64,000 nucleotides of DNA. Origin: a virus. The DNA lies in IMG/VR virus record IMGVR_UViG_3300027987_000368, positions 16,844 through 80,843 of that record; one strand, given 5' to 3'. The notes under the pieces were generated by a model. The model was not told the DNA's origin. It ran no database searches and saw only the letters and a list, made by a program, of their open reading frames with translations. Shown piece after piece: positions 1 through 9,168 of the stretch. The position numbers were made by a program, and so were the translations under genes. The first letter of the stretch is position 1, and each line of letters opens with the position of its first letter.

Positions 1-285
1 GGACACAGCACTGGCCACGGCTCGCGGCTCGACCGGGATCTGACCTCGCTCGCCAACGTCCACACCTACGCCCGCGAAGAGCTCGTAGCTGAGTTCGCGG
101 CTGCGTTCCTGCGCGCCCACGCTGGCATCGTTGACGACGTCGAGACCGAGCAATCGGCTGCCTACCTGCGCGGGTGGGCGAGCAAGATCCGCGAGGATCC
201 CAAGGTCCTGACCTGGGCTGCGTCGCAAGCTCAGAAGGCCGTTGACCACGTGCTCACCCACAATGCCGAAGCTGTCGCGGCGTAG
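1..285 (+). CDS. ardC: ArdC-like antirestriction protein, C-terminal zincin-like domain (5'-truncated by window edge)
   Basis: Frame +1 translation GHSTGHGSRLDR...YAREELVAEFAAAFL...SAAYLRGWASKIREDPKVLTWAASQAQKAVDHV* matches the ArdC C-terminal pattern (HxTGHxxRLxR; YAxEELVAE; AxYLxxW; AAxxAQKA). Confidence 0.8.
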   Translation, partial: GHSTGHGSRLDRDLTSLANVHTYAREELVAEFAAAFLRAHAGIVDDVETEQSAAYLRGWASKIREDPKVLTWAASQAQKAVDHVLTHNAEAVAA

Positions 286-290
286 CGTGC

Positions 291-335
291 TCGACATGAC
301 CACATTGTCTGACTCGGATAATGTGGTCATGTCGA
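291..335. promoter_or_regulatory. Long palindrome, putative operator or hairpin
   Basis: TCGACATGACCACATTGTCT-GACTC-GGATAATGTGGTCATGTCGA, 18/20 arm match; related site at 5748-5779. Confidence 0.55.
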
Positions 336-630
336 CTTGGGTTATTATCTTCATGAACTCGCCTGATCACGTCGACGACGTCCGGTGCCGGATTTACGGC
401 GGCGACAGCAACCAAGAAGACGAAGACCGGCGTGTCAGCTTCGTCAAGTCATGCGCGGGCGCGGGCGTGATCGACTGCCGGCCTACGATGGCTTCGTCGC
501 GGCCATGCAAGGCCGGGGCTGGCTGCCCATCGAGCCGGAGTTCGAGCCCAACCCCGACGGCGAGGGCAAGATCGGCCGGTGGAGGCTCACCGACAAGGGC
601 CGAGTCGAAGCGGGTGATCTGATCCGCTAG
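329..630 (+). CDS. Hypothetical protein, probably frameshifted near 480
   Basis: Protein-like text starts in one frame (MSTWVIIFMNS...) and continues in another (YDGFVAAMQGRGWLPIEPE...WRLTDKGR). Confidence 0.35.
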
Positions 631-2468
631 GGATCAATCGCGTCGAGCGCGAGCTGGAAGCGCCGCTTCGCTATCGTGTGGCGCGCGACCGGCTCGAGTT
701 CGGCGATCTCCCGCGCGAGCGCAGCGGGACGAGCGCCGCGGGCGTGCCCTGGCGCCGGGTGGACCGGCTCGGTCCCATCGCAGCTGCGGCCCATCTTGGT
801 CCCGTTGACAGCGAACCTCGAGACCGCGGAGCCGTCGATCGAGGTCACGCCGAGATCGCGGCAGAGCGCGGCGCGGCGCTCACCGTTGACCCTGCCCACG
901 TGCACCCGCACCCCAAGCTCTAGCCCGAGCTCGGCCCAGTCGTGGACGGTCCGCCACTTCCACATGGGGGTGCCAGGGCCCGCGCTCCCGCCGACGAAGA
1001 TCCCGCCGATCCGGTGCCGCTCGAGCGCGCGCCGGACCTCGAGCACGGTCATCCCGTCTTGGACCGCGAGCAGCCAGTTCGGCGAAGCGGCGGCGGCGAG
1101 GCCGTTGCGGTGCTGCTTCCACCAGGCGATGGAGAACGCGAGCGAGTCGGCGCCGCCTGCGACGATGTCCGGGAGCACGGCGAAGCTCGGCTGCTCGAGC
1201 TCGACCGCGCGCGCGAGCAGCCGCACGAATGGCTCCTCGAGCCAGGCCTTGCCCGCGACGTGGCAGGCCCAGGCGCCGTTGTCGATAGCCCATGGCAGGC
1301 CAGTCACGGGCTTCGTGTGGCCGCTCAGGTCGTCGAGCTTGTGCCCGCCACGTTTGAGCTTGCGGACGCGGCAGAGATCCGGCGCGGTCTCGGGGTCGTG
1401 GCCCATCGAGATGTGCTCGCCCCGCGGGACGACGCGGGTGGCATCCCTGGTGAGCGTGGTCCCGTCGAGCAGCATAGTCATGAGCGGCGTGTCGCGGGCA
1501 TCGAGCAGCGCCTCTCCGCCGTCGCGGATCAGACGGTCGATCCAGTCGTCACCATCAAATTCTGGCGGCACCGGACCAGGCTCCGGCATGTCCGCGAGTC
1601 GCCGTCGCAACGCTGGTATCCACTCGATTGGCGGGACCACGCCCGCGAGGTTGTGGCCGGTGCCGCGGCAGTCGTTACACTGGGGCAGCACGACGAGCCC
1701 AACATTGAGAGATTCGCTAACCGCCTCTATTATTCGCCATTGCGAGTAGTCCGACTCGGCGCGGGTGTGCATGAGCCGCTCATAGAGCTGGCGGCCGACA
1801 ACCAGGGGCTGAAGCTCAGTATCACCTGCCATGTCAGCTGACCGCGCCACCCGATGCACTGCGGCCAGCGCATCGTCGAAGGTGTCAGCGGTCCCAGTGC
1901 ATGCCTGGCACTCGCTCGGCTGCACCGGCGCGCTCGGGGCCCAAGAGCATCGACCGTCGAGCATGTCGAGCAGACGCTGGCCCAAGCGCGCGAGGGTCTT
2001 GCCCGCGGCGGCGCTCCGCTTGGCTCCGGTCTTGGCGTAGGCGCGGGAGAGCTTGCCTGGCCAGCCGCCACGATGCGTCAGCTTCTTGGCTCCGAAGTAG
2101 CACCCGCCCGGGCAATCGGCATCGAAGAACGCCACCCCGCGACCATCGCAGACGTCGCAGGCTTCGATGTCCTCGCCTCGCTCAAACCCGCTAGACCAAT
2201 TCGAGTCGAAGGTCCCACGGATGCGATTTTCCGGCCCCAGCCCGAGGTCTCGCGTCCAGTCCTCGAACACCTCCTGTTCGTCGGCCAGCGCCACCAGGCT
2301 CCGGCCGTACTCGCGGGCGGCGTGGACATCGAAGGTTCGGCCGAATCCCCAAGCGTCGAGCGAGCGATTGGAGTCGTCATCTGGCAACGACTCGAAGATC
2401 AACTGCTCGACGTTCCGCCGGTGGCGCTGCATTGCGTGGACCCGCTTGGGCCCCACCGACTGAGTCAT
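627..2468 (-). CDS. Zn-finger (CxxCxGxG) region fused to a C-terminal TGT/DpdA-like TIM-barrel domain
   Basis: Motifs AIDNGAW, AVLPDIVAGG, LLAVQDG, GIFVGGS, VHVGRVN, SIDGS resemble transglycosylase-fold proteins; N-terminal half has CDVCDGRG, CQACTGT, CNDCRGTG. Confidence 0.6.
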   Translation of the reverse strand: MTQSVGPKRVHAMQRHRRNVEQLIFESLPDDDSNRSLDAWGFGRTFDVHAAREYGRSLVALADEQEVFEDWTRDLGLGPENRIRGTFDSNWSSGFERGEDIEACDVCDGRGVAFFDADCPGGCYFGAKKLTHRGGWPGKLSRAYAKTGAKRSAAAGKTLARLGQRLLDMLDGRCSWAPSAPVQPSECQACTGTADTFDDALAAVHRVARSADMAGDTELQPLVVGRQLYERLMHTRAESDYSQWRIIEAVSESLNVGLVVLPQCNDCRGTGHNLAGVVPPIEWIPALRRRLADMPEPGPVPPEFDGDDWIDRLIRDGGEALLDARDTPLMTMLLDGTTLTRDATRVVPRGEHISMGHDPETAPDLCRVRKLKRGGHKLDDLSGHTKPVTGLPWAIDNGAWACHVAGKAWLEEPFVRLLARAVELEQPSFAVLPDIVAGGADSLAFSIAWWKQHRNGLAAAASPNWLLAVQDGMTVLEVRRALERHRIGGIFVGGSAGPGTPMWKWRTVHDWAELGLELGVRVHVGRVNGERRAALCRDLGVTSIDGSAVSRFAVNGTKMGRSCDGTEPVHPAPGHARGARPAALAREIAELEPVARHTIAKRRFQLALDAIDP

Positions 2469-2764
2469 GGCGCGAGGTCCTCGCCTTGATCGTCAAGGTC
2501 GCGCTGCCGCTGGCGATCGTCTTCGGCGAGCTGCGCCGCGTGACCGACCACGATCAGGATGTGCCCGAGCGTCAGGACTGCCAAGGCGACGCCGGCCATC
2601 AAAAACGCGTCGGTGACGACGGGCGTCCAGATGATGGCAGCTATCCACCCCAGCGAGAGAATGACGCTCGATGCGATCGCGTGCTTGCCCCCGGCTACCG
2701 CCGTCGAGGTGGCTACGTCGGTCCACATGCTCGGCTTGGCGGTCGGGGTCTTGCTCGGTTTCAT
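2465..2764 (-). CDS. Small membrane protein (2 TM segments)
   Basis: Two hydrophobic stretches followed by a charged C-terminus; 4-nt overlap with the downstream gene. Confidence 0.5.
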   Translation of the reverse strand: MKPSKTPTAKPSMWTDVATSTAVAGGKHAIASSVILSLGWIAAIIWTPVVTDAFLMAGVALAVLTLGHILIVVGHAAQLAEDDRQRQRDLDDQGEDLAP

Positions 2765-2775
2765 GGGGGGAGCAA

Positions 2776-3462
2776 TCAGCCAGAGCCTGTTCGATTCCCT
2801 GCGCTGGTCTCGCGGGCGTAGAGCCAGCGCCAAGCCCGGACCAGCGGACCGTGCCGCGCGGCGAGCTCGGCCAGGCGCTCGGACCACGGCTGCCCGACGG
2901 CCAGCGCCTGGTCGGTCGCCATCATCCACTCGCCAGACAGCGGCTTGACGCCCATGCCCGCGAGCAAGCAGCCCGCGGCGACGGCTGGCTCCCAGCACAG
3001 CGCGATCACCAGCGGCTCGAGGTCGGCGAGCAGCACTCGAGCAGGTCGATCCGCGTCGGACTTCTTCGCGGTGATCGTGACCCCGCAAGTGAGTAGCCCG
3101 GGACGCAGGCGATCCGCGAACGCCTCGACCGGGGCCTTGGTCATCGCGTTCTCGTATCCACCAGACCCGCGCGCGCCGTAGTGCAGGAAGTCGAGCATCC
3201 ACCGAGCATCTCCGTGCGCCTTGTGAATCTGCCTGGATGGCTCTCGGGCGGTCCCGTTGACTCGCCGCCACATCCCCGCGAGCTCGGGATCCCGCTGATA
3301 CATCGTCGCCAGCGGCCGCTGCAGCTTGGCTCGATAGGTGCCCGCCGCGTGACCGATCGTCGGGATGCACGAGAGCACGAACGCGAGCGCCTCGCCCTCG
3401 ACGATCGGCGTGGTCACGGGCTCGCCCACGCCGGCGCCGAACAGGCTGATCTGCTCGCTCAT
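2776..3462 (-). CDS. Hypothetical protein
   Basis: MSEQISLF... ORF, start overlaps the upstream stop. Confidence 0.55.
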   Translation of the reverse strand: MSEQISLFGAGVGEPVTTPIVEGEALAFVLSCIPTIGHAAGTYRAKLQRPLATMYQRDPELAGMWRRVNGTAREPSRQIHKAHGDARWMLDFLHYGARGSGGYENAMTKAPVEAFADRLRPGLLTCGVTITAKKSDADRPARVLLADLEPLVIALCWEPAVAAGCLLAGMGVKPLSGEWMMATDQALAVGQPWSERLAELAARHGPLVRAWRWLYARETSAGNRTGSG

Positions 3463-4166
3463 GTGGCCTCGGCCGCGTCGAGCATCTCCACCATCGCGTC
3501 GACGTGGGCGCCGAGCATGACGCCGTGGCCATGGCAGTCGGGGCACGGGTCCGCGACTGTATGGCCGGTGTTCATACAGTCCGAGCACCCGTAGCCCTCG
3601 AAGCGCCCGCTGGCGTGGTCGCAAATGCTCGGATGTCCATCACACCTCGGGCACTCTCCCCGCAGCCACGCAGCGATCCACTCGCCAAGCGGTTCGCCGG
3701 TGGTCATCAGGAGGTCAGCTTCAACGGCGAGCTGATCGCGTCGAACGGGTCGAGCGAGTTCGGCAACCACGCTGAAGTGCGCGCGATCGCGCGGCGCAAG
3801 CTCGCAAACGAGACGTGGCAGCGCATCGCGTTCGCTCTCGATTGGGTGGCTGTAGCTCGACTCGACACATGCAGCCCACAGGAGAGCTGTGAGCGCGTCA
3901 AGTATCCACTTTCGCGCGCACGCTGTGTTGTGCGTCACCATCACCACGCTCCCTACGATAGTCGCACTCCATTCTGGCCCAGGCACGAACCCGATCTTCA
4001 AGCTGACGCACTCGTGCTGAGCGAGGTGGCGGTCCAATAAGCTGACTGGGTTGGCCCGAGCATGTGATCGTCGCTGGCGGGTGTCCCACGTGCGGAACAC
4101 ATCTAGAACGTCAGCGTTCATGTTCGAGACCGTGACGTTCGCATGTAGCGGTCGAGGTCGCGGCAC
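3459..4166 (-). CDS. Hypothetical protein with C-terminal DnaJ-type Zn fingers
   Basis: CPRCDG, CSDCMNTG, CPDCHGHG; ADLLMTTGEPLGEWI resembles the TIGR02996-like motif. Confidence 0.5.
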   Translation of the reverse strand: MPRPRPLHANVTVSNMNADVLDVFRTWDTRQRRSHARANPVSLLDRHLAQHECVSLKIGFVPGPEWSATIVGSVVMVTHNTACARKWILDALTALLWAACVESSYSHPIESERDALPRLVCELAPRDRAHFSVVAELARPVRRDQLAVEADLLMTTGEPLGEWIAAWLRGECPRCDGHPSICDHASGRFEGYGCSDCMNTGHTVADPCPDCHGHGVMLGAHVDAMVEMLDAAEAT

Positions 4167-4329
4167 GCCGCCGCCGTCTGTCCCCTGGCGACATCGAGCA
4201 CGGCCTCTGCCTGTTCGAGCACGGCCGCCGCCGCATCCTCAATCGCCTCCGATTCTGCCGCAGCCTGGCGCAGCTGCTCGAGCTGCTCGTCGAACCCCGT
4301 TGTCGTGTCGACGACCCGCTGTGGAATCC

Positions 4330-4500
4330 TCACGACCCAAGCCTCGACAGCAAGATGGTGCACCCCAACGCGACCACGGCCGCGACCACGAAGATCAGCC
4401 CGGCGGTCCACGAGATGCGCGCAACGATGGCGAACATGACGAGCGTCGTCGCCAGCCAGGCGAGAACGGCAAAGCTTTGGGCGCCCGACTTGGCGTTCAT
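4330..4500 (-). CDS. Small membrane protein
   Basis: 56 aa, two hydrophobic helices. Confidence 0.4.
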   Translation of the reverse strand: MNAKSGAQSFAVLAWLATTLVMFAIVARISWTAGLIFVVAAVVALGCTILLSRLGS

Positions 4501-4585
4501 TGGATAGCTCCGATGCGAATGTGATGAAGCACGACGTCCGCGACCGATGCTCATAGCGACTGATTCCCAGACATCATCCGAGACA

Positions 4586-5395
4586 TTATCGTGTATGCGT
4601 AACCGGAAGATGAATGCGATCCTCCTCGCGCTCGGCATCGTCCTCATCGAACTCGTCGTCGGAAAAGACCTGGCGGAGCGGGCAGTCCTTCCCGCGCTCG
4701 CACACAGACGCCTTGCACCGCACCTCGTCCTCATCGATCGCACCGCAGTGCTCGCACCATTCGTATTCGCCGGTATCGCTCCGCTTGAGATCGTCGTGGC
4801 CATTGGGAACCTCGAGCCGGACGTCGTGCTCGTCCATCCATTGAGAGAACACCTTGATCACGGCGTTCGCCTGGCGGACAGTGAGGGGATCTTCGTCGAA
4901 GTGCTCGCCCTCGCTCGCCCGCCCGCGCATGACCTCGTAGGCGTGCTCCATGCGGTCGTGGTAGTGCTCGGCCGTCCATCGCCAGTAGGGGACCTCGATC
5001 GGCAGCGAGCAGATAGGCCAGAACTCGGCCGCATGCTCGACGGTGATGGTCTCTCGCTCCCCGCCCAGCAGCTCGGCCTGGTCGGGAAGCAGCCGGGTCC
5101 AAATCTCGTCTACGAAGTGCTGGTGATCGCTGGCGATCGCTCGCACGTGCTTGTCCGTCAGCAGGCCAGCATCTTCCGCGCGCGCTGGCACGAGGTCCTG
5201 GCCGCGGCTCGAAGGGACACTGCGGGTGCGGAACTTGTCGCGGACCGCCCAACGCCACTCGGTGGGGTCGTCACCGAGCCCCAAGGCCTCGACGAGCATC
5301 GCCTTGTGGGACTCGATCAGGGCCAGCGTACCGACCTGAACATCGACGGGATGCAAGAGACCACGTGTGAACATGAACCTTGTTTCGACGGACAT
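4586..5395 (-). CDS. Hypothetical protein with C-terminal Cys cluster and acidic tail
   Basis: 269-aa ORF with natural composition; WCEHCG...C...C...CP. Confidence 0.6.
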   Translation of the reverse strand: MSVETRFMFTRGLLHPVDVQVGTLALIESHKAMLVEALGLGDDPTEWRWAVRDKFRTRSVPSSRGQDLVPARAEDAGLLTDKHVRAIASDHQHFVDEIWTRLLPDQAELLGGERETITVEHAAEFWPICSLPIEVPYWRWTAEHYHDRMEHAYEVMRGRASEGEHFDEDPLTVRQANAVIKVFSQWMDEHDVRLEVPNGHDDLKRSDTGEYEWCEHCGAIDEDEVRCKASVCERGKDCPLRQVFSDDEFDEDDAEREEDRIHLPVTHTR

Positions 5396-5492
5396 CGCCC
5401 ACTCAACGTGGCCGGGCCCTTGCTATTCCTGCTGGCCGTTCGATTCCCAAGCCGAAGGTCCGGGACCGCCGTGAGGCGACCCCGGGTGAGAG

Positions 5493-5690
5493 CTACCAGT
5501 CGGGCTCGATCGGTTCGTCGACGTCGCCCTGGCTGTAGCCGCGGAAGATCTCCGGGCGAAACTGCGCGCGCTTGGCCTTCTCGCACTTGTCGCAGACGCG
5601 TCCGCAGTAGACGCCTTGGGCATCCTTGAGTTCCCAGGATGTTTTGCCGGAGCCACAGGGGCAAGTTCGGATTGGCTTGAACATGGTCAT
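5493..5690 (-). CDS. Small Zn-binding protein with SEC-C-like motif
   Basis: CPCGSGK plus YCGRVCDKC. Confidence 0.6.
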   Translation of the reverse strand: MTMFKPIRTCPCGSGKTSWELKDAQGVYCGRVCDKCEKAKRAQFRPEIFRGYSQGDVDEPIEPDW

Positions 5691-5747
5691 TGTCTGGTCT
5701 TTCTGCCGGATGCTGCCGACATCAACAATATACGCGACATTGACGGA

Positions 5748-5779
5748 ATCACGTTATCTGGACCGGACAATGTGGTCAT
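5748..5779. promoter_or_regulatory. Second copy of operator-like palindrome
   Basis: ATCACGTTATCT-GGACC-GGACAATGTGGTCAT; same half-site and 5-nt spacer as 291-335; lies upstream of an AT-rich promoter-like region. Confidence 0.5.
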
Positions 5780-6207
5780 CCCTCATCGACCCACCCATAG
5801 TGACGCGCGTCGGCGAGGATGTCGTCGTCGCTGTACCCGACGATGTCCTTCATGCCGATCAACGCCCTTCGCTTGTTCAGGTAGCGCCGAGCTCGGTCGG
5901 CGGGCTGCTCCCGCTTGAGCACGGCGGCGGCGGGCTCTTGCACCGCGAACCAATTACTCCCGCCGATGCTGCCGAGTTCGGCAACATCGCCTTTATCGTC
6001 CAATCGGACCATACACCGTATGGGTCGGCCCCATGTGATCGCATCGGTCCCGTTCCCGAACGCAGTCACCATCGATGTCAGCCAGGCGGTTGACGGCGCG
6101 TCTTTAGCCAGTGGAGGGCTCTGTTCAAAGACCAAGACCATAGCCAGGGTTCCAAGAGCGCCCTTGGTCATCACGATCGCTTTGCAGACGTCTGTGAGCT
6201 CATGCAT
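5776..6207 (-). CDS. Hypothetical protein
   Basis: ORF with natural composition. Confidence 0.5.
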   Translation of the reverse strand: MHELTDVCKAIVMTKGALGTLAMVLVFEQSPPLAKDAPSTAWLTSMVTAFGNGTDAITWGRPIRCMVRLDDKGDVAELGSIGGSNWFAVQEPAAAVLKREQPADRARRYLNKRRALIGMKDIVGYSDDDILADARHYGWVDEG

Positions 6208-6257
6208 GGCTGGGCCGACAGTTGGCGGCTTCACCTATTCCACGGCCGCCTGGGCAT

Positions 6258-6449
6258 CTAGCCCCCGGGCACATCGAGTGTGGTCGCGGGTGCGCTGGCG
6301 TTCGCCCACGCATCCAGCTTCGCCGCGTCACCCGATGATGCTCGAGTCGAGGCGCCGCACGGGCACGCCCCACGCCATCGCCCGTCGTCATGACGCCAAG
6401 CCAGCTTGAGCTTGCCGCACGCGAAGCAACCGGTGAGCAAGATCCTCAT
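6258..6449 (-). CDS. Small Zn-ribbon protein
   Basis: CFACG...CPCG; coupled to the methyltransferase stop. Confidence 0.4.
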   Translation of the reverse strand: MRILLTGCFACGKLKLAWRHDDGRWRGACPCGASTRASSGDAAKLDAWANASAPATTLDVPGG

Positions 6450-8287
6450 CGCGCAATCTCGTCGTGATCCTGGACCCAGACACCCGCCGATGACAAGGTG
6501 AAGCTCTCCTCGGCGCCGAGGTCGAGCAAGCCGAGGATCACCCCGCCGATCGCCTGCGCGGCCTGAACAGGGACCGCGTTGCCGACGTGCTCGCGGACCA
6601 GCGAGTCGGGCCCCTCGAGCTGCACGAACTGCCCTCGAGGATCCCAGAGCTGGATCTCGGTCGGGTCCCCGGGGATGTGCCAGATCGGGCAGCCCTGCAG
6701 GCGCATGAGCTCCGCCGTGGTCATCGGCCTGTGGACTGTGCCGTCGGGCGCCCGGATCACCATGTGGGTCGGGCGCCCGCCCTTGGCGAATTTGGCGCGG
6801 GGACCGACCAGCCAGAACTCGCCGGCAGTCCAGGCGTCGCGATCCCCCGTCCACTCCTGGCCTGCGACGAGCTCGTGGTCCGGGACAAACAGCTCGCGCG
6901 GATCGGCGACGGCGCTGGGGGGCTGCCTCACCGAGTGATTTCCGCGCACCGTAGAACTCGGCGCGGCTGGGTCTTGGACACCGTAGCTCCCGCGCCTTGG
7001 CCCGTTGTCGAGCCTCGGATCGGCGACGCTGCTCGGGCTGTTCTCGACCTTCTGGTGGCCGATGACCGCGGTCTTGTAGGGCAGCGCGGGGTCGCTGACG
7101 CCGATCGAGTCCTCGCGGCGGTGGCAATGGCTGCGCGGATCGGCGACGGCGCTGGCGCTGTTGTGGATGTCCGCCGTGCCGATGATCGTCTTGCTGGGAC
7201 CAGCGTCATCCAAGACACCCATCGTGCCCGCGCGCGGCGAGCAGTCGATCCGAGGGTCGTTGACGCTCGCCCAGGTGTTGCGCACCGAGCCCTCGGCGAC
7301 GACCGCGTGACTTGGGCTACTGCTGTCGTTGACGCCGTAGCCGCCGTTCTGGCGAGCAGCTCGAGCTGCAAGGCGCGGATCGTCGACGCTAGCCCAGCTG
7401 TGAGAGCCAGCGCGCGCGGCCGCGACGATCGTGTGGCTTGGCCCCTCGCTCGAGCAGACGCCGTAGAGCCCAGCCTGCCGACCTCGAGCATCGCCACCGC
7501 AGCGGGGCTCGACGTCGAGCCCCACATGCACCCGCCCTGGTATCGCGCGCCAGTCGTATCCGGCCGGGATCGTGGCGAGCCGCAGCCAGTTGATTGGCGC
7601 CAGCTGTGGCAGCCGATGATGTGGTCCGCCGGCGGTCGAGCCCGGCACCGGCACCGGCAGCTCCCACAGCACCGAGGCCATCGAGCGCAGGCCCAGACCT
7701 GGCGGCATGAGCAGGTGGCTAGGCGCCGAGCTGCGCAGCCGCGCCATCAGCAGCACCCGCTCCCGCTTTTGTGCGAGCCCGCCGATCTTCCCGCAGTCGT
7801 GGACCCGAAGATCGACCTCGTAGCCGGCCTTGCGCAGCAGCACCTTCATCTGCTCGAGCAGATCGGCTCCACGCGTCAGCATCCTCGGGACGTTCTCCAG
7901 CGCGATGATCTTCGGCTTGCGATCCCACGTCTCGATCGCTAGGTCGACGGCTCGAAGGGCCAGGCGATTGAGCGCCTGGTAGTGCTCGGTCTTGCTCGAC
8001 TTCTCTGGAAGGCAACCTGAGAACGCTTTGCATGGGGGCGAGCCAACGACGAAGTCAGGCACGCCGTCGCATCGCTCGCGCAGCTGCTCAACCGTGACCG
8101 CGCCAAGGTCGAGCACCTGCGCGCGCGCGCCCGTGAGCAGTTCGAAGTCCTTGCACGCGACCGGGTCGAGGTCGAACGCACCGATCGAGCGGAAGCGCGA
8201 GCCGTCTGCTCCACGCGCCCGCAAGATGCCCAGCGTCTTGAATCCCGAACCCGAGAAGAGCGTGACGACGTTGTAGACGCGAGGCAT
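6446..8287 (-). CDS. DNA (cytosine-5)-methyltransferase with five tandem repeats in the variable region
   Basis: Motif I LFSGSG, motif IV GSPPC, motif VI ENV, motif VIII QKRER, motif IX/X ELMRLQG...GNAVP. Confidence 0.92.
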   Translation of the reverse strand: MPRVYNVVTLFSGSGFKTLGILRARGADGSRFRSIGAFDLDPVACKDFELLTGARAQVLDLGAVTVEQLRERCDGVPDFVVGSPPCKAFSGCLPEKSSKTEHYQALNRLALRAVDLAIETWDRKPKIIALENVPRMLTRGADLLEQMKVLLRKAGYEVDLRVHDCGKIGGLAQKRERVLLMARLRSSAPSHLLMPPGLGLRSMASVLWELPVPVPGSTAGGPHHRLPQLAPINWLRLATIPAGYDWRAIPGRVHVGLDVEPRCGGDARGRQAGLYGVCSSEGPSHTIVAAARAGSHSWASVDDPRLAARAARQNGGYGVNDSSSPSHAVVAEGSVRNTWASVNDPRIDCSPRAGTMGVLDDAGPSKTIIGTADIHNSASAVADPRSHCHRREDSIGVSDPALPYKTAVIGHQKVENSPSSVADPRLDNGPRRGSYGVQDPAAPSSTVRGNHSVRQPPSAVADPRELFVPDHELVAGQEWTGDRDAWTAGEFWLVGPRAKFAKGGRPTHMVIRAPDGTVHRPMTTAELMRLQGCPIWHIPGDPTEIQLWDPRGQFVQLEGPDSLVREHVGNAVPVQAAQAIGGVILGLLDLGAEESFTLSSAGVWVQDHDEIAR

Positions 8288-8320
8288 TGCGAGCCCTACC
8301 AGCGATGGGCTCGGTCATTC

Positions 8321-8755
8321 CTAGGCCAGCCCCATCTTAGCCCAGAGCCGCTGACGCTGAGCCTCGATCTCCTCTTCGCTCTCCGGATCTTCGAAGGGGA
8401 CCAGCGAAAACCGGGCCGGCTCGGTCACGAAGACATCGCCCGCGAACGTGATGATCTCACCGCTGACCGAGGCCGATCGATGGATCGAGACATCGGCTGG
8501 AGCGCTGGCAATCGGATCACAGTCGACATCGACCACGCATATGGTGTCGTCCCAGGCTGGGTCTCGAGGTGGTTGCTGCTGCTCGAGTTCACGCAAACGC
8601 GCGAACCTGAACTCGTCGAGCTTGAGTTGCCCGAGCAATGCCAGTTTGTTGTAGCCGATGTCCAGCAAGCCGATCGGCCCCTCTGGATGGTTGAAGAACC
8701 TCCCCGCCCTGCGCAGCTCCATGAGCTCGAGGCGCTCGGTTGGGCTCATCTTCAT
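8321..8755 (-). CDS. Hypothetical protein
   Basis: ORF coupled to upstream gene. Confidence 0.45.
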   Translation of the reverse strand: MKMSPTERLELMELRRAGRFFNHPEGPIGLLDIGYNKLALLGQLKLDEFRFARLRELEQQQPPRDPAWDDTICVVDVDCDPIASAPADVSIHRSASVSGEIITFAGDVFVTEPARFSLVPFEDPESEEEIEAQRQRLWAKMGLA

Positions 8756-9072
8756 TGGACATCTTCGCCTGGCTCGGTTCGCACCTTCGAGCATGTCCTG
8801 CACACGCGCCGCGTGAAGTCCATCTCGAACTCGATGCCTGGAAGGTACGGGCGAGTCCATGCTTGGCTCCCGCAGCTCTCACATAGGTCGAGGCGCCGTT
8901 CGGGCGGGAGCATCTTGTTGAGCACATGCAACTCGAGCACGAGATGCTGAGCTAGCAGGATGGCCATCGCCCCCATACCGGGGTCAACGGCGACGGTTTC
9001 GCCCTCGCAGAACACAGAATGCGCCGCCTCCTTGGCCGCTTCGAAGTTGAATCCCTCGGGTCGTGAGAGCAT
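8752..9072 (-). CDS. Hypothetical Zn-finger protein
   Basis: CESCG...CRTC. Confidence 0.5.
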   Translation of the reverse strand: MLSRPEGFNFEAAKEAAHSVFCEGETVAVDPGMGAMAILLAQHLVLELHVLNKMLPPERRLDLCESCGSQAWTRPYLPGIEFEMDFTRRVCRTCSKVRTEPGEDVQ

Positions 9073-9168
9073 GGGCTGGCCTACCGCGGAGATCCTGGCG
9101 AGATTCCAGCATGCTCGCAGCCCAGGCTTGAGCGTGGAACAACCTCAAGCTCGGCCGGTTCGGCGGGC

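Noticed and set aside
2465-2764. Holin
   Set aside because: Two TM segments fit, but the gene is far from the endolysin and has no family motif; left as a membrane protein
5493-5690. secA
   Set aside because: Only the short CPCGSGK motif is present, in a 65-aa protein
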